This document shows, in pieces, positions 37,665 to 47,060 of a DNA stretch of 64,000 bases. Under the pieces are notes generated by a model. That model saw nothing but the letters and a program-made list of their open reading frames with translations. It ran no database searches and had not been told where the DNA came from. A program made the translations under genes and the position numbers. The stretch spans positions 26,204-90,203 of the forward strand of contig JAPLWQ010000003.1 of NCBI GenBank assembly GCA_026396515.1, written 5' to 3'. Position 1 is the first letter of the stretch, and each line of letters starts with the position of its first letter. The stretch comes from Candidatus Magasanikiibacteriota bacterium (GTDB taxonomy: Bacteria > Patescibacteriota > Patescibacteriia > Magasanikbacterales > GWA2-37-8).

Positions 37665-40316
37665 ATGAAAGAGCTGGAAAAGGCCTACGAGGCGAAGAAA
37701 TACGAAGATGGTATCTACGAAAAATGGGAAGAGTCCGGGTTGTTTAATCCGGATGTTTGCGTTGAAAAAAGCACTGCAAAAAAGGACGCGCCTATTTTTT
37801 CCATGGTTTTGCCCCCGCCGAATGTAACCGGCGTTCTGCATATGGGCCACGCCGCCATGCTTGCCATTGAAGACGCCATGATCCGCTACCACAGAATGAA
37901 GGGCGACAGGACTTTATGGCTGCCGGGCACCGACCATGCCGCCATTGCCACTCAAACCAAGGTGGAAAAGTTGCTTATGGAAAAGGGTGTGAAAGACCCG
38001 CGAGTTGAGCTTGGCCGTGAAAAATTTTTGGAAGAAGTGGATAAATTCGCCAAGGCCTCGCACGATACGATAATCAATCAGTGCAAGAAAATGGGTTCGA
38101 GTCTGGACTGGAGCAGGGAGGCGTTTACGCTGGACGAAAAAAGAAATCTGGCGGTGAGAACCGTTTTCAAAAAAATGTATGACGACGGACTGATAGAGCG
38201 CGGGTACAGAATTGTCAATTGGTGCCCTCGTTGTCACTCGACTTTGGCTGACGATGAAGTGGAATACAAGGAGCAATCGGCGAAGATTTACATCTTTAAA
38301 TATTCGGCGGACTTTCCGTTTGCTATTGCGACCACTCGGCCGGAGACAAAACTTGGCGATACAGCCGTGGCGGTAAACCCTAAAGATAAGCGATACAAAA
38401 AGTTCATTGGTAAAACTTTTAAAGTAAAGAGTTTCGCCGGTGGCGCTGATTTAAATATTGAAGTAATCGGCGACGAAGCCGTGGATATGAATTTTGGAAC
38501 TGGCGCGCTCGGTGTTACTCCGGCGCACAGCCACGTGGATTATGAAATGGCGCAAAAAAATAATTTACCGGTAATAAAAGTTATTGACGAAGACGGAAAC
38601 ATGGCGGCGGACGCCGGTACCGTTTATGCCGGGCTGTCGGTCAAAGATGCCAGAAAAAAAGTCGTGGAGAATTTACGTGTCAGCAATTTATTGGAAAAAG
38701 AAGAAGACGCGCCGAATAATTTGTCAGTTTGTTACCGCTGTGAAACGCCGATCGAACCATTACCGTCCAAGCAGTGGTTTATCAAAGTGAACAAAGAATT
38801 TCAAATGGGGCCGAGTAAAATTATGGGAATAAAAGAAGGGCAGAAAACCACCTTAAAGAAATTGATGCAGGCGGCGGTGCGTGAAGGACAGATAAAAATT
38901 ATTCCCGATCGTTTTGATAAAACATATTTTCACTGGATAGACAATCTGCATGACTGGTGTATCAGCCGTCAGATTTGGTATGGGCACCGCATTCCGGTGT
39001 GGTACAAAGGCGACCAAACTTATGTAGGCTTTGAAGCGCCAAAAGACAGCGGCTGGCAGCAGGATTCCGATACGCTGGACACTTGGTTCAGTTCCGGTCT
39101 TTGGACTTTTTCAACGCTCGGCTGGCCGGATAAGACCGATGACTTCAATAATTATCATCCGACATCTGTACTTGAAACCGGCTATGATATATTGCCGTTC
39201 TGGGTGGCGCGCATGATTCTTATGACCACCTACACGCTCGGCGACATTCCTTTTGAAACGGTTTATCTGCACGGCCTGGTGCGCGACGAACAGGGCAGAA
39301 AGATGAGCAAGTCTTTGGGCAATGTAATTGATCCGCTCGCTATGGTGGAAAAATTCGGCGCGGATGCCACGCGTTTGTCACTAATGCTCGGCAATACTCC
39401 GGGCAATGATTCCAGATTGTCCGAGGAAAAGATCGCCGGTTTCCGTAATTTTACCAACAAGCTCTGGAACATTTGCCGGTATATGATGATGCAGATTGAT
39501 TTTGAAAAAAGCGAACCGGCGAAACCGGTGACCTTGGCTGATTTTTGGATTTTAGAGCGTTTGCATGAGATTGCGTCCGATACCTCAAAACATATTGAAC
39601 AGTTCAATTTTTCTTTTGCCGGTGAGAAGCTTCGCGATTTTACCTGGAATGAGTTGGCCGATTGGTATTTGGAGATTTCCAAAATTGAAGGAAATAAATC
39701 CGGCATTCTGCAATATATTCTGGAAACGATACTTAAGCTCTGGCACCCGTTTATGCCTTTTGTCACGGAAGCGATATGGTCGGAAATACCCGGCAAGAAG
39801 TTACTTATGGCTGAAAAGTGGCCGCAGCTAAAAAAGGAAAAAATTTCAGGCAGGGTCAAGGACTTTGAGATCATAAAAAATATTATTACCAATATACGGT
39901 CTTTGCGGGCAGAATATAAAGTGGAGCCGGCAAAAAAAATTAGTGTCAGCATTGGCGCCGGAAAATTTGCGGGCCTGTTAAAGGATAATGTTGAAATTCT
40001 TCAGGGACTGGCAAGAATTGAAAAAATACAAATAGACAAGTCAATGAAAAAACCGGGTAATTCGGTCGGCTTTTTGGAAAGCGGGGTGGAAGTGTTTATT
40101 GATCTCTCCGGTCTGGTTGATTTTGCCAAAGAAAAAATTCGTCTGCAGAAAGAAATCGGCGAGGTGGAGCCGTATATCGCCGTGTTGAAAAAGAAGCTAT
40201 CAAACAAGGAATTTGTAAAAAATGCGCCAAAAGAAATTGTGGCAAATGAGAATGCAAAACTGGCCGAGGCTGAAGAGATGCTCGCCAAGTTAAATGACCA
40301 ACTAAAATCAATTTAA
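37665..40316 (+). CDS. valS: Valyl-tRNA synthetase
   Basis: PPPNVTG.LHMGHA, WCISRQIWYGHRIP, KMSKS, C-terminal coiled coil; ATG at 37665. Confidence 0.97.
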   Translation: MKELEKAYEAKKYEDGIYEKWEESGLFNPDVCVEKSTAKKDAPIFSMVLPPPNVTGVLHMGHAAMLAIEDAMIRYHRMKGDRTLWLPGTDHAAIATQTKVEKLLMEKGVKDPRVELGREKFLEEVDKFAKASHDTIINQCKKMGSSLDWSREAFTLDEKRNLAVRTVFKKMYDDGLIERGYRIVNWCPRCHSTLADDEVEYKEQSAKIYIFKYSADFPFAIATTRPETKLGDTAVAVNPKDKRYKKFIGKTFKVKSFAGGADLNIEVIGDEAVDMNFGTGALGVTPAHSHVDYEMAQKNNLPVIKVIDEDGNMAADAGTVYAGLSVKDARKKVVENLRVSNLLEKEEDAPNNLSVCYRCETPIEPLPSKQWFIKVNKEFQMGPSKIMGIKEGQKTTLKKLMQAAVREGQIKIIPDRFDKTYFHWIDNLHDWCISRQIWYGHRIPVWYKGDQTYVGFEAPKDSGWQQDSDTLDTWFSSGLWTFSTLGWPDKTDDFNNYHPTSVLETGYDILPFWVARMILMTTYTLGDIPFETVYLHGLVRDEQGRKMSKSLGNVIDPLAMVEKFGADATRLSLMLGNTPGNDSRLSEEKIAGFRNFTNKLWNICRYMMMQIDFEKSEPAKPVTLADFWILERLHEIASDTSKHIEQFNFSFAGEKLRDFTWNELADWYLEISKIEGNKSGILQYILETILKLWHPFMPFVTEAIWSEIPGKKLLMAEKWPQLKKEKISGRVKDFEIIKNIITNIRSLRAEYKVEPAKKISVSIGAGKFAGLLKDNVEILQGLARIEKIQIDKSMKKPGNSVGFLESGVEVFIDLSGLVDFAKEKIRLQKEIGEVEPYIAVLKKKLSNKEFVKNAPKEIVANENAKLAEAEEMLAKLNDQLKSI

Positions 40317-40317
40317 T

Positions 40318-41298
40318 ATGTCCGAATTCGCCAAAGTAAATCCTGGTGATATATCCCCTAAACAAGAAAAAGAGCCCGAAACAGTATTGTCTCCCAAAGA
40401 TAATGCCCGCCTTATTAATATCCTTAAAAGAGCCAAAGCGGCTGAAGCAGATGAAGACACTATGCTCGCCATCCGGCTGTATGAAGAGTATCTTGAAGAG
40501 TTTGAAAAGATCAAAAGAGACGGACCATCACCTGAAACTCCTTCAGATCCTAACATTATCATTGCTACCAATCCTGAAGGAAAAGAAGTATCTATTAATT
40601 TAGAATCCACCCTTCTTAATTCAAAGTATCTGTACGCCATTAACAATTTGACGAAATTCTCCGATGCCCTTCCCGAAACCATTACTCTATCTGAATCATC
40701 TCTGGCCCGTTGCCGTGAAGCCCTGGAACAGGGTTTTGATAAAGCCATCTTTTTCCCCAACCTGGAAGTACAGCTTGAAAAAGTTGGCATAACCAAATTA
40801 AAACAAGAGCTGGCTGACAAACCCTTGCCTAAGGGTACTTTTCCAGATGAAAAAGATAACTATTCTAGGGAATCTTATCTGCAAAACCCTATTGCTGAAA
40901 ATCATTCTCTCACTGAATCAGCCCAAGCTAAAAGAAAGAATGGCTATCTTCTTTTCTACTCGTCCAATCCAGTACCCAAAGAAACTAAAAACCTCACCTT
41001 CCCTGAAGCCGTACAATACCTTAAAGACAAAAACCTGGATGGTCTCACCTTGCCCGAATATTACATCCTCCAAAGAAAAGAAGCTGAAATTAACGAAGAC
41101 CACTCTTTTGATGCCTACAATGATGACGCGGATCAATCCAATTCGACTTGGCTAATTGACTCTCGCGCGCCCGGGGGCTGCGTGCGCGCGGTCTGGAATC
41201 CGGACGATCGGCGGGTGGTTGTGTACTGGAGCGGTGCCGGGAATCAGTACTCGGATTTGGGGGCGCGCCCCGCGATCGTTGTGCCCTTAGAACTTTAG
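40318..41298 (+). CDS. Hypothetical protein with a C-terminal DGR variable-region-like (CLec-type) end
   Basis: Ends STWL...VWNPDDRRVVVYWSGAGNQYSDLGARP; abrupt compositional switch at about 41161 (70% GC, 10% A over 120 nt). Confidence 0.72.
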   Translation: MSEFAKVNPGDISPKQEKEPETVLSPKDNARLINILKRAKAAEADEDTMLAIRLYEEYLEEFEKIKRDGPSPETPSDPNIIIATNPEGKEVSINLESTLLNSKYLYAINNLTKFSDALPETITLSESSLARCREALEQGFDKAIFFPNLEVQLEKVGITKLKQELADKPLPKGTFPDEKDNYSRESYLQNPIAENHSLTESAQAKRKNGYLLFYSSNPVPKETKNLTFPEAVQYLKDKNLDGLTLPEYYILQRKEAEINEDHSFDAYNDDADQSNSTWLIDSRAPGGCVRAVWNPDDRRVVVYWSGAGNQYSDLGARPAIVVPLEL

Positions 41299-41323
41299 TC
41301 TTTAAGCTCTAACCTCTCATTTT

Positions 41324-41364
41324 GTCATTGCGAGGACCCGCCTTTGGCGGGGACGAAGCAATCT
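41324..41364. repeat. REP-like palindromic element GTCATTGCGAG...GAAGCAATCT with an inner CCCGCC-TTT-GGCGGG hairpin
   Basis: ATTGC/GCAAT outer stem and 6-bp GC inner stem, 25 nt after the stop of the DGR-like gene. Confidence 0.6.
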
Positions 41365-41408
41365 TTATTCCTTAATCTTTTCCGAAATTTGTAAACATAA
41401 CGCCATTT

Positions 41409-42590
41409 ATGAAAATAAACACTGACCCCAAAAAAATTGAAGAAGTGCTGTCGCGCGGCGTGGAACAGGTCGTCGACAAAAATCACCTTGCGGAGAAATT
41501 AAAGTCCGGAAAACAATTACGCGTAAAATTAGGCGTTGACCCGACAAGTCCGAATATTCATTTGGGCCGTTCAATTCCGCTTCTTAAACTGCGCGACTTT
41601 CAGGAGTTGGGGCATCAAATCGTGTTAATCGTCGGTGATTTTACCGGAGTGATCGGAGATACTTCAGACAAGGACAGCGAACGGCCGATGCTTACACACG
41701 AACAGGTTAAAGCGAATATGGAAGGATATTTTGAACAGGCGGCCCGGGTAATTGATATCCGCAAGTGCGAAAAATATTACAACAGCGAATGGCTGGGAAA
41801 ACTTAATTATCATGAAATCGGCGAGCAGGCCGACCAATTTTCAGTGGCGGAGTTTATCGCCCGCGAAAATATAAAAAAGCGCTTAGAGGGCGGTACGCGC
41901 GTTTCTCTGCGCGAAGTGCTTTATCCTCTGATGCAGGGTTATGATAGCGTGGCCATGAAAGCCGATGTGGAACTGGGCGGCACGGATCAGTGGTTTAATT
42001 TATTGGCCGGAAGAAAATTGCAGGAACATTACAAGCAGGAGCCGCAGGATATTTTAGTCGGTCCGTTGCTTGAAGGCACTGACGGCCGCAAGATGAGCAG
42101 CAGCTGGGGTAATACCATTAATCTCCTGGCCGAACCAAACGACATGTTTGGAAAAATAATGTCAATTCCGGACGGGTTGATTATTAAATATTTTACTCTG
42201 GCGACCCGCGCGCCGATGGCGGACATCGCGTTGTATGAAAAAGAAATAAAATCAGGCGGTAATCCGCGCGATTATAAAATAAAATTGGCTGAATACTTAA
42301 CAAGCGTGTATCACGGTGATAAAGAAGCCAAGAAAGCGCTGGAATATTTTGTCAGCACGTTCAGTAAAAAGGAGATTCCTGATGAAATGCCGGAAGTGTC
42401 GGCGCGAGATATTGCAAGCGCGCTGGTGGAATCAAAAATTTGCAAAAGCAAATCAGAAGCGCGCCAGGTGATTGACCAGGGCGGAGTGAAAATTAATGAA
42501 ATTAAAGTTGAAGCGGGTGATTATGCCGCCGCTGTTAAGGCCGGCGATATTGTTCAAAAAGGCAGCCGGTGGTTTGTAAGAATAAAATAG
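41409..42590 (+). CDS. tyrS: Tyrosyl-tRNA synthetase
   Basis: KLGVDPTSPNIHLG, YPLMQGYDS, GGTDQ.FN, KMSSS, S4-like C-terminus. Confidence 0.97.
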   Translation: MKINTDPKKIEEVLSRGVEQVVDKNHLAEKLKSGKQLRVKLGVDPTSPNIHLGRSIPLLKLRDFQELGHQIVLIVGDFTGVIGDTSDKDSERPMLTHEQVKANMEGYFEQAARVIDIRKCEKYYNSEWLGKLNYHEIGEQADQFSVAEFIARENIKKRLEGGTRVSLREVLYPLMQGYDSVAMKADVELGGTDQWFNLLAGRKLQEHYKQEPQDILVGPLLEGTDGRKMSSSWGNTINLLAEPNDMFGKIMSIPDGLIIKYFTLATRAPMADIALYEKEIKSGGNPRDYKIKLAEYLTSVYHGDKEAKKALEYFVSTFSKKEIPDEMPEVSARDIASALVESKICKSKSEARQVIDQGGVKINEIKVEAGDYAAAVKAGDIVQKGSRWFVRIK

Positions 42591-42597
42591 CAAATTT

Positions 42598-43554
42598 GTG
42601 GACAATAAATTGGTTATCTGTATTTTCCTTTTTTCCGCCATGCTGCTGGGCGGTTTTGGTTGTGAAAAGAAAGAAACGCCGGTAATAGCGAGAAGCGAAA
42701 AAATTCCTCAAAGCGCGGTAAAAATTTCGCCACAAGCCGATTTATCGCCGCCAATATTGCATTCAAAAGAATTTGACATGCCGGTACCTGTGTCCGGGCC
42801 GATTAATACTGCCGGAGCGGAAGATTCGCCGTTCATTACGCCCGATGGCAACACACTATATTTTTTCTTTACGCCTGACCCGAACATTCCGGCTGAAAAA
42901 CAGTTGAATGACGGTGTTACAGGCATTTATGTGTCAGAGAATGTGAATGGCAAGTGGAGCGAACCAAAAAGAGTGATTTTGGAAAGGCCCGGGGAATCCG
43001 CGCTTGACGGTTGTGAGTTCGTGAAAGGCGATGTAATGTGGTTTTGCTCGGCCAGAGAAGGATACACCGGAATAAATTTATTTACTGCTAAAAAGATTAA
43101 TAACGGGTGGGGCGGCGTAAAGTATGCGGGCGATGTGCTGATGAAAGATTATCAGGTCGGTGAGATGCATATTACGGCTGACGGGAATGAAATGTATTTT
43201 CATTCTCCGCAAGCGGGAGGAAAAGGCCAATTAGATATTTGGGTGATGAAAAAAGTTAATGATGAATGGCAGGCGCCTGAAAATGTGACAGCAGTCAATA
43301 CAGCGGAAAATGACGGCTGGCCGTTTATTTCAGAAGACGGCAATGAACTGTGGTTTCTGCGGACATATCGAGGGTCGCCGGCGATTTTCAGATCAAAGAA
43401 AGCGGACGGTGTTTGGCAGAAGCCGGAGCTGATCGTATCGCAGTTTGCCGGCGAGCCGACTTTGGACAGGGCCGGAAATATGTATTTTGTCCATCATTAT
43501 TATAAAAACGGAAAAATGCTGGAGGCCGATATTTATATGGCCAGGAAAAAATAA
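42598..43554 (+). CDS. Putative lipoprotein with PD40/TolB-like beta-propeller repeats
   Basis: LGGFGC lipobox-like; repeated INT..AEDSPFITPDGNTLYF and NT.ENDGWPFISEDGNELWF. Confidence 0.8.
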   Translation: MDNKLVICIFLFSAMLLGGFGCEKKETPVIARSEKIPQSAVKISPQADLSPPILHSKEFDMPVPVSGPINTAGAEDSPFITPDGNTLYFFFTPDPNIPAEKQLNDGVTGIYVSENVNGKWSEPKRVILERPGESALDGCEFVKGDVMWFCSAREGYTGINLFTAKKINNGWGGVKYAGDVLMKDYQVGEMHITADGNEMYFHSPQAGGKGQLDIWVMKKVNDEWQAPENVTAVNTAENDGWPFISEDGNELWFLRTYRGSPAIFRSKKADGVWQKPELIVSQFAGEPTLDRAGNMYFVHHYYKNGKMLEADIYMARKK

Positions 43555-43558
43555 CAAT

Positions 43559-45229
43559 ATGGATTTCATTAAAGATGAACTTATTAAATTGTTGAAAACT
43601 GCCGGTGTGGCCGGCGAAATTGATTTATCTGCTCCGCCAAAATCGGAAATGGGCGATTTGGCGTATGCCTGTTTTGAGACGGCGAAAAAACAGGGGATAA
43701 ACCCGGCTGAAGCGGCCAAAGTATTGGCGCAAAAAATTACGCCAACTACGCTGGTGGAAAAAATTGAAGCCATCGGGCCGTATGTTAATTTTCATTTAAA
43801 CACCGCGCAGGCGGCAAAATTGATATTGCTTAAAAAAGAAAAAAAACAGAAAACCGGAAAGAAAATAATGGTGGAGTATTCCCAGCCCAATACGCATAAG
43901 GAGTTCCATGTCGGCCATTTGCGCAATGCCTGTATTGGCGCCGCAGTGGTTAAGATGCTTAAAGAAACCGGCAACAAAGTAATCGCCGCCAATTATATCG
44001 GCGATATCGGAGCGCATGTGGCCAAATGCCTCTGGTATGTTAAGAGACATAAAATGAACGACTGGCCGAAAGAAAATTTGGGTAGCTGGATCGGAAAAAT
44101 GTACACCGAAAGCGTGGCGGAACTGGAGAAAAATCCTGACGCGAAAAGCGAAATCGACGGGGTGCAGAGAAAGTTGGAAAGCCGCGACCGCGAGTGGTCT
44201 AAGCTTTGGGAAAAAACCAGGAAGGCGAGTCTGGATGAATTTAAAAGAATATATAAATTGCTCGGAAATGAATTTGACGTCTGGTTTTTTGAAAGCGAGG
44301 AAGAAAATCGCGGCAAAGAGATGGTCCAGGAGCTTTTAAAAAAAGGCATTGCAAAAATAGGGGAGGGAGGAGCCGTAATCGTAGATTTATCGCAATACGG
44401 CTTGGACATATTCTTATTATTAAAATCCGACGGTTCGACCCTGTACGCCACTAAAGATCTGGCGCTGGCGGAGAAAAAGTTTAAGAAATATAAAATTGAT
44501 GAAAGCGTGGTGATTATTGACACCCGCCAGGTTTTCTATTTTAAGCAATTATTTAAAACATTGGAACTTGCCGGCTGGAAGAAAAAGTTTATCTGCCTTG
44601 CCTATGAATTTGTGCGCTTGCCCGAAGGGGCGATGTCCAGCCGCCGCGGAAATGTTGTTTTGTTTGAAGACATATACAATGAAGTTTTCAGCGCCCTGCA
44701 AAGCGAAGTGGCTTCGCGCCATAACGATTGGAAGCCGGCAAAACGGGATGAAACGGCGCGCGCCTTAGCGCTCTCGGCAATAAAGTTCGGCATGCTGAAG
44801 CATCCGATAGACAAGGTGATAGAATTTGAAGTTAAAGAAGCGATGTCGTTCGACGGATATACCGGGCCGTATGTTTTGTATACAATCGCGCGCATTAACA
44901 GCATTATGAAAAAATTCGGAAAAAAAGTGCCGGTTGCTGAAAAATATCTGTCCGGCCTGGTGAAAGGCGAAGAAAAAAATTTGATAATGAAAATCGGCCA
45001 GTTTAATCAGGTTATAAAATCAGCCGCCGACGGATTTGATCCGTCCGCATTGGCGCGTTATTCGTTCGACCTGGCCAAAATTTTTAATGATTTTTACGGC
45101 AAGTGCGGAATTCTGAACGCCGATGATGCCGGTCAAAAAACCGCCCGCCTGATACTTTGCGACCGCGTCAGGGAAACATTGGGGAAAGCCGCGGAATTGC
45201 TGAATATCGGGACAGTGGAGGAGATGTAA
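43559..45229 (+). CDS. argS: Arginyl-tRNA synthetase
   Basis: VEYSQPNTHKEFHVGHLRN, MSSRRG, GPYVLYT.ARI; ATG at 43559. Confidence 0.96.
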   Translation: MDFIKDELIKLLKTAGVAGEIDLSAPPKSEMGDLAYACFETAKKQGINPAEAAKVLAQKITPTTLVEKIEAIGPYVNFHLNTAQAAKLILLKKEKKQKTGKKIMVEYSQPNTHKEFHVGHLRNACIGAAVVKMLKETGNKVIAANYIGDIGAHVAKCLWYVKRHKMNDWPKENLGSWIGKMYTESVAELEKNPDAKSEIDGVQRKLESRDREWSKLWEKTRKASLDEFKRIYKLLGNEFDVWFFESEEENRGKEMVQELLKKGIAKIGEGGAVIVDLSQYGLDIFLLLKSDGSTLYATKDLALAEKKFKKYKIDESVVIIDTRQVFYFKQLFKTLELAGWKKKFICLAYEFVRLPEGAMSSRRGNVVLFEDIYNEVFSALQSEVASRHNDWKPAKRDETARALALSAIKFGMLKHPIDKVIEFEVKEAMSFDGYTGPYVLYTIARINSIMKKFGKKVPVAEKYLSGLVKGEEKNLIMKIGQFNQVIKSAADGFDPSALARYSFDLAKIFNDFYGKCGILNADDAGQKTARLILCDRVRETLGKAAELLNIGTVEEM

Positions 45230-45327
45230 CTTTTTGCTTATCCACCTGTTTTTACCGATCCGCCACTTCTAATAAATGGCAAAAAGGTGTATCATATTAA
45301 TAACTATAATATTTAAATATACTAAAT

Positions 45328-45804
45328 ATGATTTTTAAAAGACAAAATACTCCGGTTGAAGAAGTTGACGAGGCAGTGGAAGAAGTTTATGAGGACGCGG
45401 GTCATTCGGAAGACAATGTTGATACCGTAGTTGGTCCATCGGTGAATGTGGAGGGTGATTTTGCTTCCGAGGGAAATATAGTGGTTAAAGGCACGGTTAC
45501 GGGAAGCGTGCATACCAGTAAAAATCTTTTGGTTGAACCGGGCGCGAGAATTATTGCCAATGTGAAAGCAGGCAGTGCTACCATTGCCGGCGAAGTGCGC
45601 GGTAATATGAAAATTAAAGACTATCTGGAATTAACCGCTACGGCGCGCGTGGTTGGCGATATTGAAGCAAAAACGATTGCCATGGAAGCCGGTTCTCTGC
45701 TTTGCGGCAAAGTAATGATGCCCGGGCTTGAGGCAAACGAACCGCGGCGCTCCGGCCGTTCCAGAAAGTCAGAAGATTCTTCCATGGAAATGGGTGGAGA
45801 ATAA
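45328..45804 (+). CDS. Bactofilin (polymer-forming cytoskeletal protein)
   Basis: TVVGPSVNVEGDF...GNIVVKGTVTG...IAGEVRGN...LEL..TARVVGDI. Confidence 0.92.
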   Translation: MIFKRQNTPVEEVDEAVEEVYEDAGHSEDNVDTVVGPSVNVEGDFASEGNIVVKGTVTGSVHTSKNLLVEPGARIIANVKAGSATIAGEVRGNMKIKDYLELTATARVVGDIEAKTIAMEAGSLLCGKVMMPGLEANEPRRSGRSRKSEDSSMEMGGE

Positions 45805-45826
45805 AAAGAGGTAAAATATCGTTGTT

Positions 45827-46591
45827 ATGTATGTCTACCTCTACGACAATTATTTAAACAGCAAAAAGTTTCAGTCGATATTAAAGCAAATTGAGATTCG
45901 TTTGGTGGACTATGGAATTGCCGGCAAGATTCTGCGCCTCAACAATTATGTTGACGTGAAACCGATTATCGAAGACGAAATAAAACGCGGCGCTAAAAAT
46001 ATCGTGATTGTGGGAAACGACCGGACCTTCGGTCATGTGCTTTCGCGCGGCGCTACTTGCGACTGCGTTTTTGGTTTCTTGCCGATCGGTCCGGACAATA
46101 CCATTGCCGAAGTGCTCGGCATTCCCGAAGGAGTGGAGTCGTCCGACATACTGGCCCGCCGTCGCAAGCAGAAATTAGATGTGGGCTGGTTTAATAACCG
46201 TTATTTTGTTTCCCAGCTTCATGTTATGCCGGCCAAAGTAAGGGTAATTTACGATGAGCGTTTTCAGGTCTCAACGCCGTTTAAAATGGAAGTAGTGGTA
46301 TGCAATTTTCAGCCGTTTTATTGGAAGCGGCACAAAAAAGACGCCGAAGAGTTTGTGGTTCATCCGCAGGACAGAAAGCTGGAGGCATTCCTTCGGCCGT
46401 TGACAAAGACCGGCTGGTTCGGGTATAAATATGAAGACCCGAGCATATTTCCCTTTGAAGAAATGGAAATAATCGGGGATAGCCCCTTTGTGGTTGAGGC
46501 CGACGGTAAAGCCACGAAAGAGGTAAAGGTAAAAATAAAATTGGCAAAAAATAAGATAGACATGATCGTCGGACGGGATCGAAAATTTTAA
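45827..46591 (+). CDS. Diacylglycerol-kinase-like protein (divergent)
   Basis: IVIVGNDRTF, GFLPIG..NTIAEVLGI, KLDVG, DRKLE, VEADG. Confidence 0.7.
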   Translation: MYVYLYDNYLNSKKFQSILKQIEIRLVDYGIAGKILRLNNYVDVKPIIEDEIKRGAKNIVIVGNDRTFGHVLSRGATCDCVFGFLPIGPDNTIAEVLGIPEGVESSDILARRRKQKLDVGWFNNRYFVSQLHVMPAKVRVIYDERFQVSTPFKMEVVVCNFQPFYWKRHKKDAEEFVVHPQDRKLEAFLRPLTKTGWFGYKYEDPSIFPFEEMEIIGDSPFVVEADGKATKEVKVKIKLAKNKIDMIVGRDRKF

Positions 46592-46596
46592 TTTAC

Positions 46597-46659
46597 GGGC
46601 GGGTGGCCCCGAAGCAGATGCTTCACATCGCTACGGGGCAAGCGAAACTTGATTGGACG
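46597..46659 (+). pseudogene. Possible decayed tRNA-Leu 5' half interrupted by a 32-bp CCCCG...CGGGG palindromic element
   Basis: GGGCGGGTGG [insert 46607-46638] GCGAAA...GACG parallels GCGCGGGTGGCGAAATGGTAGACG of the adjacent tRNA. Confidence 0.4.
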
Positions 46660-46691
46660 GAGTTAAAAATTAAGTTTAAAAAAATAAAATT

Positions 46692-46772
46692 GCGCGGGTG
46701 GCGAAATGGTAGACGCACTACTTTGAGGTGGTAGCGCCGCAAGGCATGGAGGTTCGAATCCTCTCCCGCGCA
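46692..46772 (+). tRNA. tRNA-Leu (anticodon GAG), CCA not encoded
   Basis: Acceptor GCGCGGG/CCCGCGC+A, D-loop TGGTAGAC, anticodon arm CTACT-TTGAGGT-GGTAG, long variable arm GCC-GCAA-GGC, T-loop GGTTCGAATCC. Confidence 0.96.
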
Positions 46773-46810
46773 CAGCGAGCAATTTATTTAATTGCGAGTG
46801 AAAAACATAT

Positions 46811-47056
46811 ATGTTTCACATCATTATCGGTTTGTTGCTTGTGGCGGCCGGTACGGTACTCATCTTTAAAACTGAATGGTTTGTCCAGAATTTCGGCACT
46901 ATCGCCTGGGCTGAGAACAACCTGGGTACCAGCGGCGGCAGCAGGCTGTTTTATAAGCTGATTGGTTTGGTTTTGATTTTTGTCGGCATGCTGGCGGCCA
47001 CGAATTTAATGACCAGTTTTCTAATGGGAACGGTGGGAAAATTGCTAATCAGATAA
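46811..47056 (+). CDS. Small two-TM membrane protein
   Basis: Two hydrophobic helices flanking FG.IAWAE.NLG..GGSRLFYKLIG. Confidence 0.8.
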   Translation: MFHIIIGLLLVAAGTVLIFKTEWFVQNFGTIAWAENNLGTSGGSRLFYKLIGLVLIFVGMLAATNLMTSFLMGTVGKLLIR

Positions 47057-47060
47057 TTTT

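Noticed and set aside
45238-45246. DnaA-box-like TTATCCACC
   Set aside because: Single mismatched box with no cluster or origin context.
46728-46961. 77-aa ORF starting inside tRNA-Leu
   Set aside because: Overlaps the tRNA and the better 46811-47056 membrane ORF.
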